A DNA stretch of 64,000 nt from the human T2T-CHM13v2.0 reference genome, Homo sapiens: assembly GCF_009914755.1 (NCBI RefSeq), contig NC_060934.1, one strand, 5' to 3'. The position numbers and the translations under genes are program-made. Positions within the stretch are counted from its first letter, which is position 1; each line of letters opens with the position of its first letter. The notes under the pieces were generated by a model that ran no database searches, was not told the origin of the DNA, and saw only the letters and a program-made list of their open reading frames with translations. Positions 27,210 through 43,099 of the stretch are shown here, one piece after another.

Positions 27210-27320
27210 TTTTTATTATTGACATTTTGCAGGAAAGGAAACTGAGGCTCAGAGAGGTAGAGTGACTTGCCCAAGGTCACACTGCTTGTCAGTGGCGTTG
27301 GTTAGAATGAGGACTGCGGT
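27210..27320 (-). mobile_element. MIR
   Basis: GGAAACTGAGGCTCAGAGAGG...TGACTTGCCCAAGGTCACAC. Confidence 0.8.
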
Positions 27321-28709
27321 GCCCTGACCCTGACTCCACGGCTGCAGTCTCCTTTGCTGTTGCATATTCAGCCACTCCCGTTGCCCTGTGTCGCAAACCC
27401 CCAAGCAGAGGACAGCTGTGCTCTCTCTGGGCTGCAAGTGATCAGCGTCCCCAGACGCCTTAGGCTCTGGCTGCAAGACCAGGGGCCAGTCACCTCGCCC
27501 CACCCCGGCCAGCCCTCCCAGGGACCTGGAGCAGGTCACCCACCTGGCCGTCGTTCATGGAAGGTGGGGCTGTGCAGGAAGCTGCGAGCAGTGGCAACCC
27601 TGCCCTCACTTTCATTCTCCTGCAAGCCTCTTGACCCACCCGCCCCTACCCTAAGCCATTTTAGCCACCTCCTAGATGAAGCACACAGTCTCTGGCTTTG
27701 GGAAGAAAACCAGACTTTCTGGAACTGGGTGTCAGGCAGATGCCCTGGCGTGCTGGGTGATGGCTGCAAAGCCTCAGAGGACAGAGCCAGGAGGGGCAGT
27801 GATGGCTCCTTCCAGCTGCAGCAGGTGACTTGGGCCAAGACCACCTGCTGCAGTCGGTACCGAAATGACTTGCTGAGGCCCCCAGCAAGTGCCGAGCTCC
27901 TGCACATACTGCCCGGGAGGTTGTTCCGTGTCTCGCTGCAATGCTGCCCGCCCTGGGGCACTTTGATCCCACTTTGAGCTACCAGGAGGCTCTTCGGAAG
28001 CATCACCATGTGGCTGACAGAATTAAGTGTGGGCCAATGATGGACCTGGTGAGGGTGGAGGATGGACAGTGGAAGAGAAGTGTCAACAGGGCACGGTGCA
28101 GCTGATGAGGACCCTGGCTAAAGGGTAGGGGGGACCCTAGCTGGCCAGGTCAAGAGAGGAGGTAGAGGTTTGGGCCATCATCACCACGGAACTTGAAGGA
28201 CACGTGGCCAGCCAGGCCTCAGGAGCCTCTTATCTCCCACTGCAGCGGGGGCAGCTGTCTCTTTGCAGGGCCATGTCACAGTGCCCATTTGGCTCCAGGG
28301 AGGGGTATGAGGATGTCTCAGGTCCTTGTGGGAGAAGCCCAGGCCAGAGAGTGGATCTGAGGCTACTGCCCCCAGCCATAGCCTCATCCCCAGAAACGCC
28401 CAAGTCTCAGGCAAGGGAAGGCACCAATACCTGGTGATGAGGCTGCGCTTTTGTGTCTCCTTGGAGGAGATAAGGGCCAGGCTCAGAAAGAAGGCAAAGG
28501 ATGAGTTTAGGAAACTGCTGCTGCCCTGTGACTTCCCCCTGGAGAGTGTTCAAGCTGGGACCAAGAGCTGTGAATGGGCCTGGCTGCCTGGCCCGGGGAT
28601 GGGCCTGGATTTGCTCAGGCTCAGAGGTTGAGGCCGGCACTTCCGTCAAAGGCCCTTCGCAAGTTCATCTGTGCCTGGAAACACCTGCAAGGGGGTACTA
28701 CCCCTGCAC

Positions 28710-28860
28710 TCAGACAAAGATGGGTTCAAATCCCGGCTTCACCGCTAAACAGCTGAGACCTTGGGCACATTATTTCTCTTCTCTGAGCCTCAGTTAACCC
28801 CCAAACGAAAAGAGGAAAATACTCCAACTCAGTCCATGAGATTACGCAGGGTGACGCACA
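28710..28860 (+). mobile_element. MIR
   Basis: TGGGTTCAAATCCCGGCT...GACCTTGGGC...TCTCTGAGCCTCAGTT. Confidence 0.75.
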
Positions 28861-29203
28861 TAGTTCACCAGGGCTAACTGCAATGACAGATCTGTTTCTC
28901 AGATCCACAACTGAACTGAACTTTTGTTTAACTTAATTTCTGTTGCAAGCCCCCTTTTCACTGGATGGTGGAAACTTCCAGATGGGTCCCCATCCTCTCA
29001 GTTCTCCCTGGGTTTGCTTCTAAGTTCAGTGTGGTACTAAGGCCTGAGAAGGAATGGGTGGTGACGAGCCCCGGATGTTCTCTGTCCAGCTGACATCTTC
29101 TGAGAGACCCTCACACGGTCGGGTCATTGGGTCCCATATGTCCCTGCTACGTTCACCCCTCCACACACGCCAAGGCCCTTCAAGTGATCAGTGCTCACCC
29201 TGG

Positions 29204-29417
29204 CCAGGGCCTCCCACCTTGTCGCTAATGACATTTGAGGCCAGATAATTATTTGCCATGGGGCACTGTCCTGTCCAGTGTGAGATGTTTAGCAGTATTC
29301 CTGGCCTCACCCACTCCACGCCAGTAACAACACATCCCCCCATGCCAGTTGTAACAACCAAAGATGTCCCCCGACATTGCCTCTGGGAGGCAAAATTGTC
29401 CCCAGTTGAGAACCACA
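29204..29417 (+). mobile_element. MER20 (hAT-Charlie)
   Basis: GACATTTGAGGCCAGATAATT...GATGTTTAGCAG...CCCCAGTTGAGAACCAC. Confidence 0.88.
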
Positions 29418-29624
29418 TCCCTAGGCTACCTGGCAGCTCCTGCTCCCCTTCTACGCCTCTGTGCAGGGCTCCTGACTCCCACCCAGCCAGCTCTTCTGCT
29501 CTGACCACTCCCGGCTCTCCCCACACTCCCTGAGCAGCCCAGAGACTCTAGAGCTCTGTGAGGACACTGGGCCCCAGCTGCAGGATGATGGTGGCTGGCA
29601 CAGATGATACAGCCCCAGGCACTT

Positions 29625-29912
29625 GGGAGGAACAGGGGGCCACCCCGTGGGAGACAGCTCCACCAGGAGGAACAGGTGGGGGGCCACCCCATGGGAGACA
29701 GCTCCACCAGGAGGAACAGGTGGGCCCCCCCCGCCCTGTGGGAAACGGGTTGCACCAGGAGGAACAGGCGGGAGGCCTCCCTGTGGGAGACGGGCTCCAC
29801 CAGGAGGAACAGGTGGGGGCCCCCCGTGGTAGACGAGTTCCACCAGGAGGAACAGGTTGTGGGGCCCCCATGGGAGACGGGTTCCACCAGGAGGAACAGG
29901 CAGGGGGGCCAC
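29625..29912 (+). repeat. GC-rich minisatellite, ~44-bp unit, ~6.5 copies
   Basis: Core GGAGGAACAGG occurs 7 times (CACCAGGAGGAACAGG 6 times) with related variable linkers. Confidence 0.95.
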
Positions 29913-30199
29913 ACCCAGGTGCTGCCCTGATGCCACTCATCCTCAACCACAGCAGCTGTCACGATACGGTGCCTGTGCAGGGTGAGACCGTCATAACCAG
30001 GATTTCACGTGATCCTCTCACAGCCTTGGATCGGAGAGGAATCGGGGTCCTCATTTGACAGAGGAGGAAGTGACTCCTCCGAAGGCCCAGGGTCGTACAG
30101 TTATAACCATCAGACCACCTGGGCCTGTGACGTGGACTTGAAGGGTCTGTGTCTTTTCTGAAGCCCCTCACCCTGGCTGAAGGGACAGCTCCTCCCCCT

Positions 30200-30335
30200 G
30201 GCAAGCTACTTCTCTGTACCTCAGTTTCCTCATGGATAAAACAGGGATGATAATAATAGTCTCTGCTTCATGGGACTACTAGGAGAATTCAATGACATTC
30301 ACATTCCTGAAGCACTTAGCATAATTCCTGGCACA
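30200..30335 (+). mobile_element. MIR
   Basis: CTCTGTACCTCAGTTTCCTCAT...AAAACAGGGATGATAATAATAG. Confidence 0.75.
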
Positions 30336-30821
30336 TCAAAAATCCTAGCAGCCACTATTGCCACTGCGGCTGTTACCTTGACGTCAGGCTGCCTCCTCTG
30401 CAGCCTCCTCCAGCTTCATCCTGCAGCGAGGGAGTCCCAGGGACTGAAGTCAGCACTTTGGAGTCGTTTTCCTTACATGCACTTGAAACATCAATAAAAA
30501 GACCAAAGAACAAAAATCCACAATTACTCCACTTCACTACCCGACAGGCCCAGGGAGCTGTGTCCCATGGGAGAATGGCCTCATTAAATCACAGACATCC
30601 TTAAGCATTAGAAGCCAAACAAGGAGCGATGTAGCAACTGAGTGAAATCTGTTTCAATTAAAATGTGTTTTGCCTCCTGCTCCTGGAGGAGAATTTTCTC
30701 CTAAGGGCAGTTCCTAATCTCACAAACCTAAGGGCAGGTCTGTTCTCCCATCTGGGCCAGGGGTACCTGGGGGTGGCCAGGTGCCCTGTGTCCAGAGGAG
30801 TGCCTTGAAGATGACCAAGGT

Positions 30822-31172
<351 letters not shown>

Positions 31173-32220
31173 TCAGACAACTCACTGAACCTTCCACCCA
31201 CCCCTACTGTTGAGCTTGGAGGACCCTCCTCCCCAGCCCTTGAGAAGAGACCTGGATCTTTTAGAGCTTAACGGAGCCACAGGAAGGACCAGAAAACACA
31301 ATGGAATCGGGAGAAGTGAGTTCCTAAGGGCTCTCAGGTTTGACAATGACAACCAGAGGCAACCAACAACTACGGACAAAGCACAGCACAACAGAAAACA
31401 CTACGAACTCCAACAAACCACACAGGCAGACCGGAAGCAGCTTCTGCCTACACATCCTGGAAAGGCCCCGTGCCCCACATCTCCCATGGCAGGTCTCCCG
31501 GGGGCCAGGGGCTTTCACTGCTTTCTTTCTGCTCCCAGCTCTCTCCCAGACAAAATGGGGCCAGTCTCATCGAAATTCATTCATTCACCTAACGAACCCC
31601 GAGTGCTGGCTCCCTCCTGGACGGGGGAGCTGCAGCATGAACAGGGCCGTCTCCCCAACTCCCACTGCGGGAGGCTGACTCTAAGCAAATCATCATCATT
31701 CAGTGTGAACAATGGGAATGGTTGCTCCCTAGACCATGAAAACCACAGCTGGAAGGTAGCAACCTCTGCCCTTCAAAATCAAAAGGTGCATTTTTGCCAT
31801 TTGAAGGGACAAACTCCGGTAAGCACAGAGGGCAGTTTGTGCCTAGGGTGGGTGAGATGGGGGTGTGAGTGGGACCACCACCAACTCATTCTGTGCACAA
31901 CATCAGACTCTCCTCCAAATACATGTTGTGTAAGAACCTAAGAGTTGTCAGTGTATAGGGGCCCCATGGGATTAGCCTGCCTGGGGCAGTCACAGCCCAA
32001 AATCTTGGCCTTCTTGCAAAAGATTCCCCAGAAGAAGCATGAACTTTCTCACACCTGTCAGGCCCTAGCAATGCCACTCTGCTTCCTTTATCCCATCCGT
32101 ACCCAATCCCGTGAAGGAGGCAGACCAGGGATTGCCTCTCCCATTTTGCAGATGAGGAAATGAAGGCCGAGGAAGGTCGCATGACTCTGTAGTCCCTGGG
32201 TCTCCAGGTGCCCTGGCCAG

Positions 32221-32388
32221 AGTGCTCTATCTGCCCAAAATTCATATGTTGAAGCCTTACCCAACAATACTGCAGGATATGGCTTTATTTGGAGATAGGG
32301 TCTGTAAAGAGGTAATTAAAGTCAAATGAGGTCATTGCAGTAGGCCCCAATCCAATATAACTGCTGCCCTTATAAGAAGAGAAGATGA
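32221..32388 (+). mobile_element. MLT1A/B LTR, 5' half
   Basis: AAAATTCATATGTTGAAGCC...CCCAATCCAATATAACTG...CTTATAAGAAGAG; resumes at 40141. Confidence 0.85.
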
Positions 32389-32670
32389 GGCTAGGCACGG
32401 TGGCTCACGCCTGTAATCCCTGCACTTTGGGAGGCCAAGGAGGGTCGATCATTTGAGGTCAGGAGTCAAGACCAGCCTGGGCAACAAAGTGAAACCCCAT
32501 CTCTACAAAAAAACACAAAAATTAGCCAGCCATGGTGGCATGCACCTGTAGTTCCAGTTACTCAGGAGGCTGAGGCACGAGAATCACTTGAACCCAGGAG
32601 GTGGAGGTTGCTGCACTCTAGCCTGGGCAACAGAGCGAGACTGTCTCAAAAAAAAAAAAAAAAAAAAAAA
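32389..32670 (+). mobile_element. Alu (right-arm deletion)
   Basis: Alu dimer with poly-A at the L1 5' junction. Confidence 0.93.
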
Positions 32671-33333
32671 GACAATGAAGGAGGCTTCCAGGAAGATGTC
32701 AGTATAGGGAGCACAAGGAAGCTGCCTCCACCTAGACAATAACTGCACTGGCAGAATCTGTCCTGCCTAACTATTTTGGGACTCGAAAGGAGCCTATTGG
32801 AGGAGACTATTTTAAATAGGAGGTGACCAGAAGCTTGCAACTTCCAGGGGAAAGCTTGGTCTGCACATTGTGGTTAATTACAGTCAACCTCAGCTTTTGG
32901 CACAGCAGCAGCTACCATCCCCCAACCCCAGCTCTGTGGCAGACAGCTGTACATTTGTTCCAGGAGCAACCTGCAGATAGCTATTGGGAGCCAGGGCAAG
33001 CAAACATTGACCCTGGCCTCCACATCTCAGGATCTGTGTTCTGATTGCTGATTGCCACTTCTGATGACAGAAGTGCAAAGGGGCAGGCAGCCATTGTTGC
33101 ACCTCCCCCCATTGTTGTAAGCCCCTCTCCTTCGGGCTGAATTGACTTCCAGGGGGACTTAAAGGGCCAGTGTCCTTCACCCCTTCCCTTCAATTTTCTT
33201 CTGTTTTCCTTTTGGAAACCATACATTAAAGCCTATGACATTCAAAAGCAATTGGATATACAGGGAAAATTAGAAATTGACCATGTATGTCCAAGGAAAG
33301 AAACAGGCTCAGAAAAAAAAAAAAAAAACCTGA

Positions 33334-33674
<341 letters not shown>

Positions 33675-34082
33675 CTACAGTAATTCTGAAAATAAATAAA
33701 GAAATACATAGCAACAATGACAAAATAAAAAAACAGCAAACCCTAGGGGAGGGAGAGAATCTGATTTCCAGAGTTACTATATTATTAGATTCAAATGTCC
33801 AGTTTTCAACAACAAATGAAAATCACAAAGCATACAACGAAATAGGAAATTGTGACCCATTCAAAGGAAAAATGTAACTCAACAGAAACTGCCTCTGAAA
33901 AACACCTGGTAGCAGATCTACTAGACAAAGACTTCAAAACGACTGTCTTACAGATGCTCAAAAACTAGAGGAGATGTAGAAAAGTTATAAGAAATGGTCT
34001 ATAAACAAAATGGAAAAATCAATAAAGAAACAGAAAACAAGAAACCAAAAAGAAATTTCAAAGCTGAAAAGTACTATAACTG

Positions 34083-34449
<367 letters not shown>

Positions 34450-34741
34450 TCAATGAACATGAAGACAGGACAAAGGAAATTATGGAGTCTAGGAACAGAA
34501 AGAAAAAAATTAAAGAAAAGTGAACAGAGCCCAAGGGACCTTTGGGACACAATGGACCAACATATACATTGTAGGAGTCTCAGAAGAAGAGATGGAAAAA
34601 GAGGAAGAAAGAATATTTGAAGAAATAGTGGCTGAAAACTTCCCAAATTTTATGAAGACATGAATATAAACATCCAAGAAGCTCAATAAACTCCAAGTAA
34701 GATGAACTCAAAGAGACCCACACTGAGACACATTACAATCA

Positions 34742-35107
<366 letters not shown>

Positions 35108-35254
35108 TCAATAAGATTATCAGCATATTTCTCATCTGAAACTTTGGAGGCCAGAAGGCAGTGGGCCAATATATTCAAGGTGCTAAAAGAAAAAGAACTG
35201 TCAACCAAGAATTCTATATTCATCAAAATTGTCCTTCAAAAGTTAAGGAGAAAG

Positions 35255-35595
35255 GATGAATAGAGTAATTGTGGGTATTAGAGGCTAGGAAGGGGAGGAG
35301 GAGGGAAGGATATGGAGACTTTAGTCAATGGATACAAAATTACAGTTAGATAGAAGGAATGAGTTCTGATCTTCTGCAGCACTGTAGGGTGAAAATGGTT
35401 AACTATAATTTGTTATATACAAGAGAGGATTTTGAATGTTCACAACACAAAGAAATCATAAATGTTTGAGGTAATGGATGTGCTAATTACCCTTATTTGA
35501 TCATTCCACATCATACACATATATCAAAATATCACTCTCTATTCCATAAATATGTATAATTATGTGTTAACTCAAAATAAAAGAAATAAGTGTAA
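35255..35595 (+). mobile_element. L1MA-type 3' UTR fragment nested in ORF1 of the larger L1
   Basis: GGATACAAAATTACAGTTAGATAGAAGGAAT...GAGGATTTTGAATGTTCACAACACAAAGAAAT. Confidence 0.8.
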
Positions 35596-36203
35596 TTTAA
35601 AGTGAAAAAAATGTTAAGTGAAGAGAAATTAAGACATTCTCAGATAAACAAAAATTAAGACAGCATCCACTAGTGGTGTTGTTATCACTAGGCCTACCCT
35701 GCAAGAAATGCTCAAGGGAATCCTGCAGGGTGAAATGAAAAGACATTAGACAGTAACTTGAAGCCATGTGAAGAAATAAAGGTCTCAATAAAGGTAAATA
35801 TATGTGCAATTATAAAAGATATATTGTTGTAACAATTATATGTAACTTTATCTGTTTTTTACATGATTTCAGAGACTACTGCATTTTTAAAAATTAGTCT
35901 AAAAGCTAGTATTATTATAACTTCGATTGGTAGCCATACATTTTATTATCTACATAATTTAAGAAACTGATGAATTTAAAACAGCCATTGGCTTATATTT
36001 TTAGACACACAATATGTAAAGATGTAGTTCTGTGACATCAGCAACTGAAAGGAGTGGGGCTAGAACTGTAAAGGAACAGAGTTTTTGTGTGTTATTGAAG
36101 TTAATAAGGTATAAATTCAAATTAGGGTGTTATAATTTTAGGATGTTAAATGTAACCAAATCCCATCGTAACTACTAAGAAAATAGCTATAGAGTATGCA
36201 CAA

Positions 36204-36617
<414 letters not shown>

Positions 36618-36933
36618 CTAATATAAAAATGACAGAAGTCCATCCTTAAGTAACAAAAATCAATAAAACCAAAATTTGGCTCTTTGGAAAGATCAACAAA
36701 ATTGACAAGCCTTTAGATAGATGGACTAAGAAAAAAACAGAAGAAGACTCAAATTACTAAAATCAGAAACGAAAGTGAAAACATTACCACAAATTTTACA
36801 GAAATGAAAAGGTTATAAGCAGGTACTATGAACAATTGTATACCCCAAAATTAGATAATTTAGAGAAAATGGACAAATTCCTAGAAACACAAAAACCAAT
36901 ACTAAATTTCTATTTTCAGAAATAGAAAATCTA

Positions 36934-37315
36934 GGCTGAGCACAGTAGTTCATGCCTGTAATCTAACACTTTGGGAGGCCCAGGCAGGGAGATTATATGA
37001 GGCCAGGAGTTCAGGACCAGCCCAGCCCACATAGCAAAACCCCGTCTCTACCAAAAAATACAAAAATTAGCCAGGTGTAGTGTTGCATGCCTGTAGTCCC
37101 AGCTACTTGGGAGGCTGAAGTGGGAGAATTGCTTTGAACCCAGGAAGCAGAGGAGGTTGCAATGAGCCGAAATTGTACCACTGCACTCCAGCCTAGGCTA
37201 CACAGTGAGACTATGGAAGGAAGGAAAGAAGTAAGGAAGGAAGGGAGGGAGGGAGGGAGGGAGGGAGGGAGGGAAGGAGGGGGGAAGGAGGGAGAGGAGA
37301 AAGAGGGAGAGGGAG
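36934..37315 (+). mobile_element. Alu with (GGAA)n/(GGGA)n tail
   Basis: Dimer 36934-37213; polypurine microsatellite 37215-37315. Confidence 0.9.
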
Positions 37316-37804
37316 ATTGAACCAGTAATCAAAAAATCTCCTGACAAAGAAAAGCCCTGGTAGACCTGATGGCTTCACTGGTAAATTCAATCAAACATTT
37401 ACAGAAGGGCAACAATCCTTCTCAAACTTTTCCAAGAAATTGAAAAGGAAGGAAAACTTCTTTACTCATTGTATGAGGCCAGCATTACCCTGATACCAAA
37501 GCTAGATAAAGACACTACAAGAAAACAAAACTACAGACCAATGTCCTTTATGAACATGGATGCAAACATTGTCAAAAAATACTAGCAAACCAAATTCAGC
37601 AGCTTATTAAAAGCCTTATACACCATAACCAAGTAGGATTTAGTCCTCAAACAAGGATGGTTCAACATACAAAAATTGACCAATGTGACATACAACATTA
37701 ACAGGATGAAGGGGAAAAAAACCACATGATCATCTCAATTGATGCAGAAAATATAGCATGTGACAAAATTCAACAGCCTTTCATGACAAAAAAAAAAAGC
37801 CTCA

Positions 37805-38147
<343 letters not shown>

Positions 38148-38583
38148 CCTCAATATAATAAAACCCATTTATGAAAAACCCACAACAAATGTCATACTCA
38201 ATGGTAAAAGACTAAAAGCTTGTTATCTAAGATCAGGAAGAAGGCAAGGATGCCCACTTTTGCCACTTCAACATAGCAGTGGAAATTCTAGCAAGAGAAA
38301 TTCGTCAAGAAAAAGAAATAAAAACATCCAATTGGAAAAAAAAAAAGAAGCAAAATTATCTCCGTTCAGAGATGATATGATTTTCATATGTAGAAAACCC
38401 TAAGTATTTCACCCAAAAAAAAGCTGGAACTAATAAATGAATTCAGCAAAGTAGTAAGATACAAAATCAACACACAAAAACTAGTTGCATTTCTAAACAC
38501 TAACAATGCGCAATCTGAAATGGAAATTACAAAAACAATTCCATGTACAACAGTAACAAAATGAATAGAATACTTAGGAATTA

Positions 38584-39041
<458 letters not shown>

Positions 39042-39336
39042 TCAATACTACCCAAAGCAATCTACAGATTCAATGCAATCCCTAACAAAATCCCAATGAT
39101 GTTTTTCAAAGAAATAGAAAACCCCATCCTAAAATTCACATGGAATCTCAAAGGACCATGAACAGCCAAAACAATCTTGAAAAAGAACAGCAAAGCTGGA
39201 AAATTCATACTTCCTGATTTCAAACTTACTACAAAGCTACGGTAATCAAACCAGTGTGGAACTGGCATAAAGATAACATATAGACCAATGGAATAGAGAG
39301 CCCAGAAATAATAAACCCTCACATGGGGTTTATTAA

Positions 39337-39735
<399 letters not shown>

Positions 39736-39970
39736 TGAAATTGGACCCTTACCTAACACCATATACAAAAATTAACTAAAAAATGGATCAAAGACCTAAA
39801 TGTAAGACCTAAAACTATAGATGCTTAGAAGAAAACATAGGGCTCAGAGAGCTCAGGAGAAAGGAGAATAGGGAGTTAGTGTTTAATGGGTATAGAGTTT
39901 CAGTTTTACAGCATGAAGAGTTCTGGAGGTAGATGGTAATGATATTTGCACATCATTATGAAGGTCTGTA

Positions 39971-40048
39971 ATAGTAGATGCAAAAGTAATTGCTGTTTTG
40001 CCATTACCTTTAATGGGAAAAACTGCAATTACTTTTATGCCAAATTAA
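39971..40048. mobile_element. MADE1 mariner MITE (diverged)
   Basis: TGCAAAAGTAATTGCTGTTTTGCCATTA...AAAAACTGCAATTACTTTT; TA on both sides. Confidence 0.88.
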
Positions 40049-40140
40049 TACGTTGATATAACTGTACACTTAAAAATGTTTAAAATGTTAAAATTTGTTA
40101 TGTGTATTCCACTACAATTTTTTAAATGGAAAAAAAAAAA

Positions 40141-40347
40141 GGAGAAGGAGATGAAGGATTAAGACAGACACACAGGGAGGGAAGATGGCAATCTACAAGC
40201 TAAGAAGAGAGGCCTCAAAAGAAACCAATCCTGCCCACACCTTGATTTTGGAATTCTAGCCTCCAGAATTGTGGGAAAAGTAATTTCTGTTGCTTAAGTC
40301 ACCCAGTCTGTGGTACCTTGCTAGGAGATCCCTAGAAAACTAATACA
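40141..40347 (+). mobile_element. MLT1A/B LTR, 3' half
   Basis: GAAGATGGCAATCTACAAGC...CACCTTGATTTTGG...CTAGAAAACTAATACA. Confidence 0.88.
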
Positions 40348-40668
40348 CTCATCTATGAGCCTTGCTGGGAGACAGAGCCCAACCCCCACTGCAGAAGCAA
40401 AAAAATGCCAGGTTCTCATCTTGGATTGGTCAAACAAATACATCTTGAACTTTAAGTGGGAGGCTGGTGACATCGAGAAGCAGAGAACCCAGTTTGGTGG
40501 ATGTCACAGGAACACCAGATTTCCAGGAGCTGCACAACATATAGTTGCTGTGGTCCCCTGTCTGCAGCAGACACAGGTGTGTCGATACACCTGGCCATCC
40601 TTTGGTGGTCCCACCAGAGTGCTGATGGCATAGTGCCTCATTGTGGTCAAGTGAGCTGGCATCCCCAC

Positions 40669-41235
40669 TGTACAGAAAAGGTTCACACAGCAGGCCTGAT
40701 ACTTCTGTCCTTAGAAAGGGCTGCTTGAAAGACTGTCCCTGGGCTGGTATCTGGGAACTTGGATTTGGGGAGTATTTTCCCTATTCGCTAACTGTTAAGA
40801 CGGGCTAATCAGTTTGTCAATTAGGGAATGCTTAAATGTTTGTACAATGTGGTTTATGCTAGACACCTGCTTTCCTTCTGAGGGTCTGGTAATTTGATAC
40901 ATGCTAGGCAAAGAGTGCCTATGAAATTGACCCTTCATAAAAACCCTGGACTGCTAGGCACAGACAAGCTTCCCCAGTTTACAACATTCACACCTGTTCT
41001 CTCAGTCTGATGCTGGAGAAATTAAGCATATCCTATGGACTCCGCTGGGAGAGGACGCTTAGAAGCTTGCACCTCGTTTCCTCCAGGTTTTGTCCAACGC
41101 ATTTTTTCCATTTACTATTTCTCTTTGTATCGGTTTGCTGTGATAAATCCTAGCCATAGGTATGACTGTATGTTGAGCCCTATGAGTCCTTCTAGCAATT
41201 CACCAAACATGAAAGTAATCTCGGAAATGCCTGTA
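40669..41235 (+). mobile_element. ERVL LTR (MER68/MER77-like)
   Basis: TGTACAGAAAAGGTTCACACAGCAGGCCTGA...CCTTAGAAAGG...TCTGGGAACTTGGATTT. Confidence 0.7.
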
Positions 41236-41244
41236 AGGACACAC

Positions 41245-41899
41245 TGTGAATCCAAAATATCTGAGACAGATCTCAATCAATATAGAAAAGCTTATTTTGC
41301 CAAGGTTAAGGACGTACCCACAACACAGCCTCAGGAGGTTCTGATGACCACATGCCCAAGGTGGTCAGGATACAGCGGGCTTTTATACATTGTAGGGAGA
41401 CATGAGACATCAATCAATATGTGTAAGATGTACATTGGTTTGGTCCAGAAAGGGAGGACAACTCGAAGCGGGAGGGCTTCCAGGTCATAGGTAGATAAGA
41501 GACAAAAGGTTGCCTTCTTTCGAGTCTTTGATCAGCCTTTCACTGGATACAGTTTAGTCTGGCTCAGTGAATCTGCATTTTACATCAGCAGAGGAAGCAA
41601 TCAGATACGCATTTGTCTCAGGTGAGCAGAGAGATGACTTTCTGTCCCACACCTGTGAAGATAAGCTATCAGTTTACATTGCCAGGGTGAAATTCAACGG
41701 AACTGGTTTATGGTAAAGATCTTGAAGGCCACAAGGAATTTCCTTGCAGGCAAATTATGTAGGAGGTATGTAGCTTTTCTATCTGTATGGCTATCTTATT
41801 TAAGAATAAATGGGAGGCAGGTTTGCCTAACGTTGTTCTCAGCTTGACTTTTCCCTTGGCTTAGTGATTTAGGGTCCTGAGATTTATTTTCCTTTCACA
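41245..41899 (-). mobile_element. MER4A-type ERV1 solo LTR
   Basis: TGTGAATCCAAAATATCTGAGACAG...TTTTGCCAAGGTTAAGGAC...GATTTATTTTCCTTTCACA; TSD ACAC/ATAC. Confidence 0.9.
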
Positions 41900-41994
41900 A
41901 TACTTACTTACCCATCCCTATCGAAGAGGGCTCCTTTATCCTCCACTCATTTGGAACATGTTCTTGAATGATGGACCCAGATCTTTGTCCCAGC

Positions 41995-42162
41995 ACCAGT
42001 TCTGGTGACAGGCATTAGAACCACCCAGGGAGCTTGTTAGCCATACAGGATCCTGGGGCTCACACATTCCCTGATTCAGCAGGTCTGGAGCTAGCCCAGG
42101 AAATCAGGTGGCTGGCTAGTCCCCCAGGGGGTTCTGATGCTCAGTCAGGCTAGGGAACCCCT
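41995..42162. mobile_element. MER5-family MITE
   Basis: GCATTAGAACCACCCAGGGAGCTTGTT...TGATTCAGCAGGTCTGG...TTCTGATGC. Confidence 0.7.
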
Positions 42163-42311
42163 GGCTTAAAGGAAGACATCCCCAGCCCAGAATCTGGACA
42201 CCTGAGGTTGAGCACCACTTTGGACAATGACCTGAGGGGCTCTTTTGGGCATACCTTCTCCTCGGGGTCCATTTATCTCCACCCCCAATTGAGAGGCTTG
42301 GCCCCAGCTCT

Positions 42312-42480
42312 GGGTTCTTAGTGTTCTGGTGGTCACAAATCCCTTTGTGAATCTGATGAAAGCAATGAACACTCTTTCTAGGGAACATGAACACACACAC
42401 ACACACACACACACATACACACGTAAGCACAATTTAACCTATAATTTAGGAGCCTATAGACCCCATGTGAAGATCTCTGA
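42312..42480. mobile_element. MER117-like MITE containing (CA)n (42391-42422)
   Basis: GTCACAAATCCCTTTGTGAATCTGATGAAAGCAATG. Confidence 0.6.
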
Positions 42481-43099
42481 CCTAAATCCCACCTAAGGCT
42501 CCCAACTCTCACGTTCTATGATTCTATCAACAACCAACCAAACAATGAAGCATCTTCTGTCACCTCAGACCCTCAAACTCATGAACCAACGTTTTGGTAC
42601 CAGCCCCCTAATGTCTGTAAAATTGCAAATACCAAGACTAATGTTCTCTCTGGAGTGGTGCAGATAAAGTTATATCAAGTATGGTTATTAAATTTCCATA
42701 TTTAGATGTGCAAAGCCAGGCTCCTCCAGGAGTCCTTAGAAGCCATTCAGTTCCCAATAATCAGATTCACAGCTGCTGCAGCCGATTCTCGACACTTTTC
42801 CTCAGGTGGAGTGGAGGCTGAGGTCCTGCTCCCAGGCTCAGCCCTGAGTCACCCACAGGGCTTGGCCACCCATGAGTGCAGGCAGAAAGCAAAGAGAGAG
42901 ATGCAAGCCAGAAGACATGTCACCTCCTCTGAGGAGCCGTCCCTGACCCCCAGTAGCAGTTAATCATTGCTTCCTTTGCATTTCAACAGTATATTATGTG
43001 AGCTGCTATTACAGGCTTTGAAATTATTTGCCTGGTATTATAGTTCATTGTACTCATGTGCCACCTCCAAAGTGTAAGCAATTTAGGATCCAAATTTAT

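Noticed and set aside
29625-29912. CRISPR-like look (constant core plus variable spacers)
   Set aside because: Spacers are homologous to each other, the context is primate DNA and there are no cas genes; it is a minisatellite. The same applies to 43359-43644.
39971-40048. Second MADE1 as a miRNA precursor
   Set aside because: Termini and stem have multiple mismatches compared with the copy at 55213
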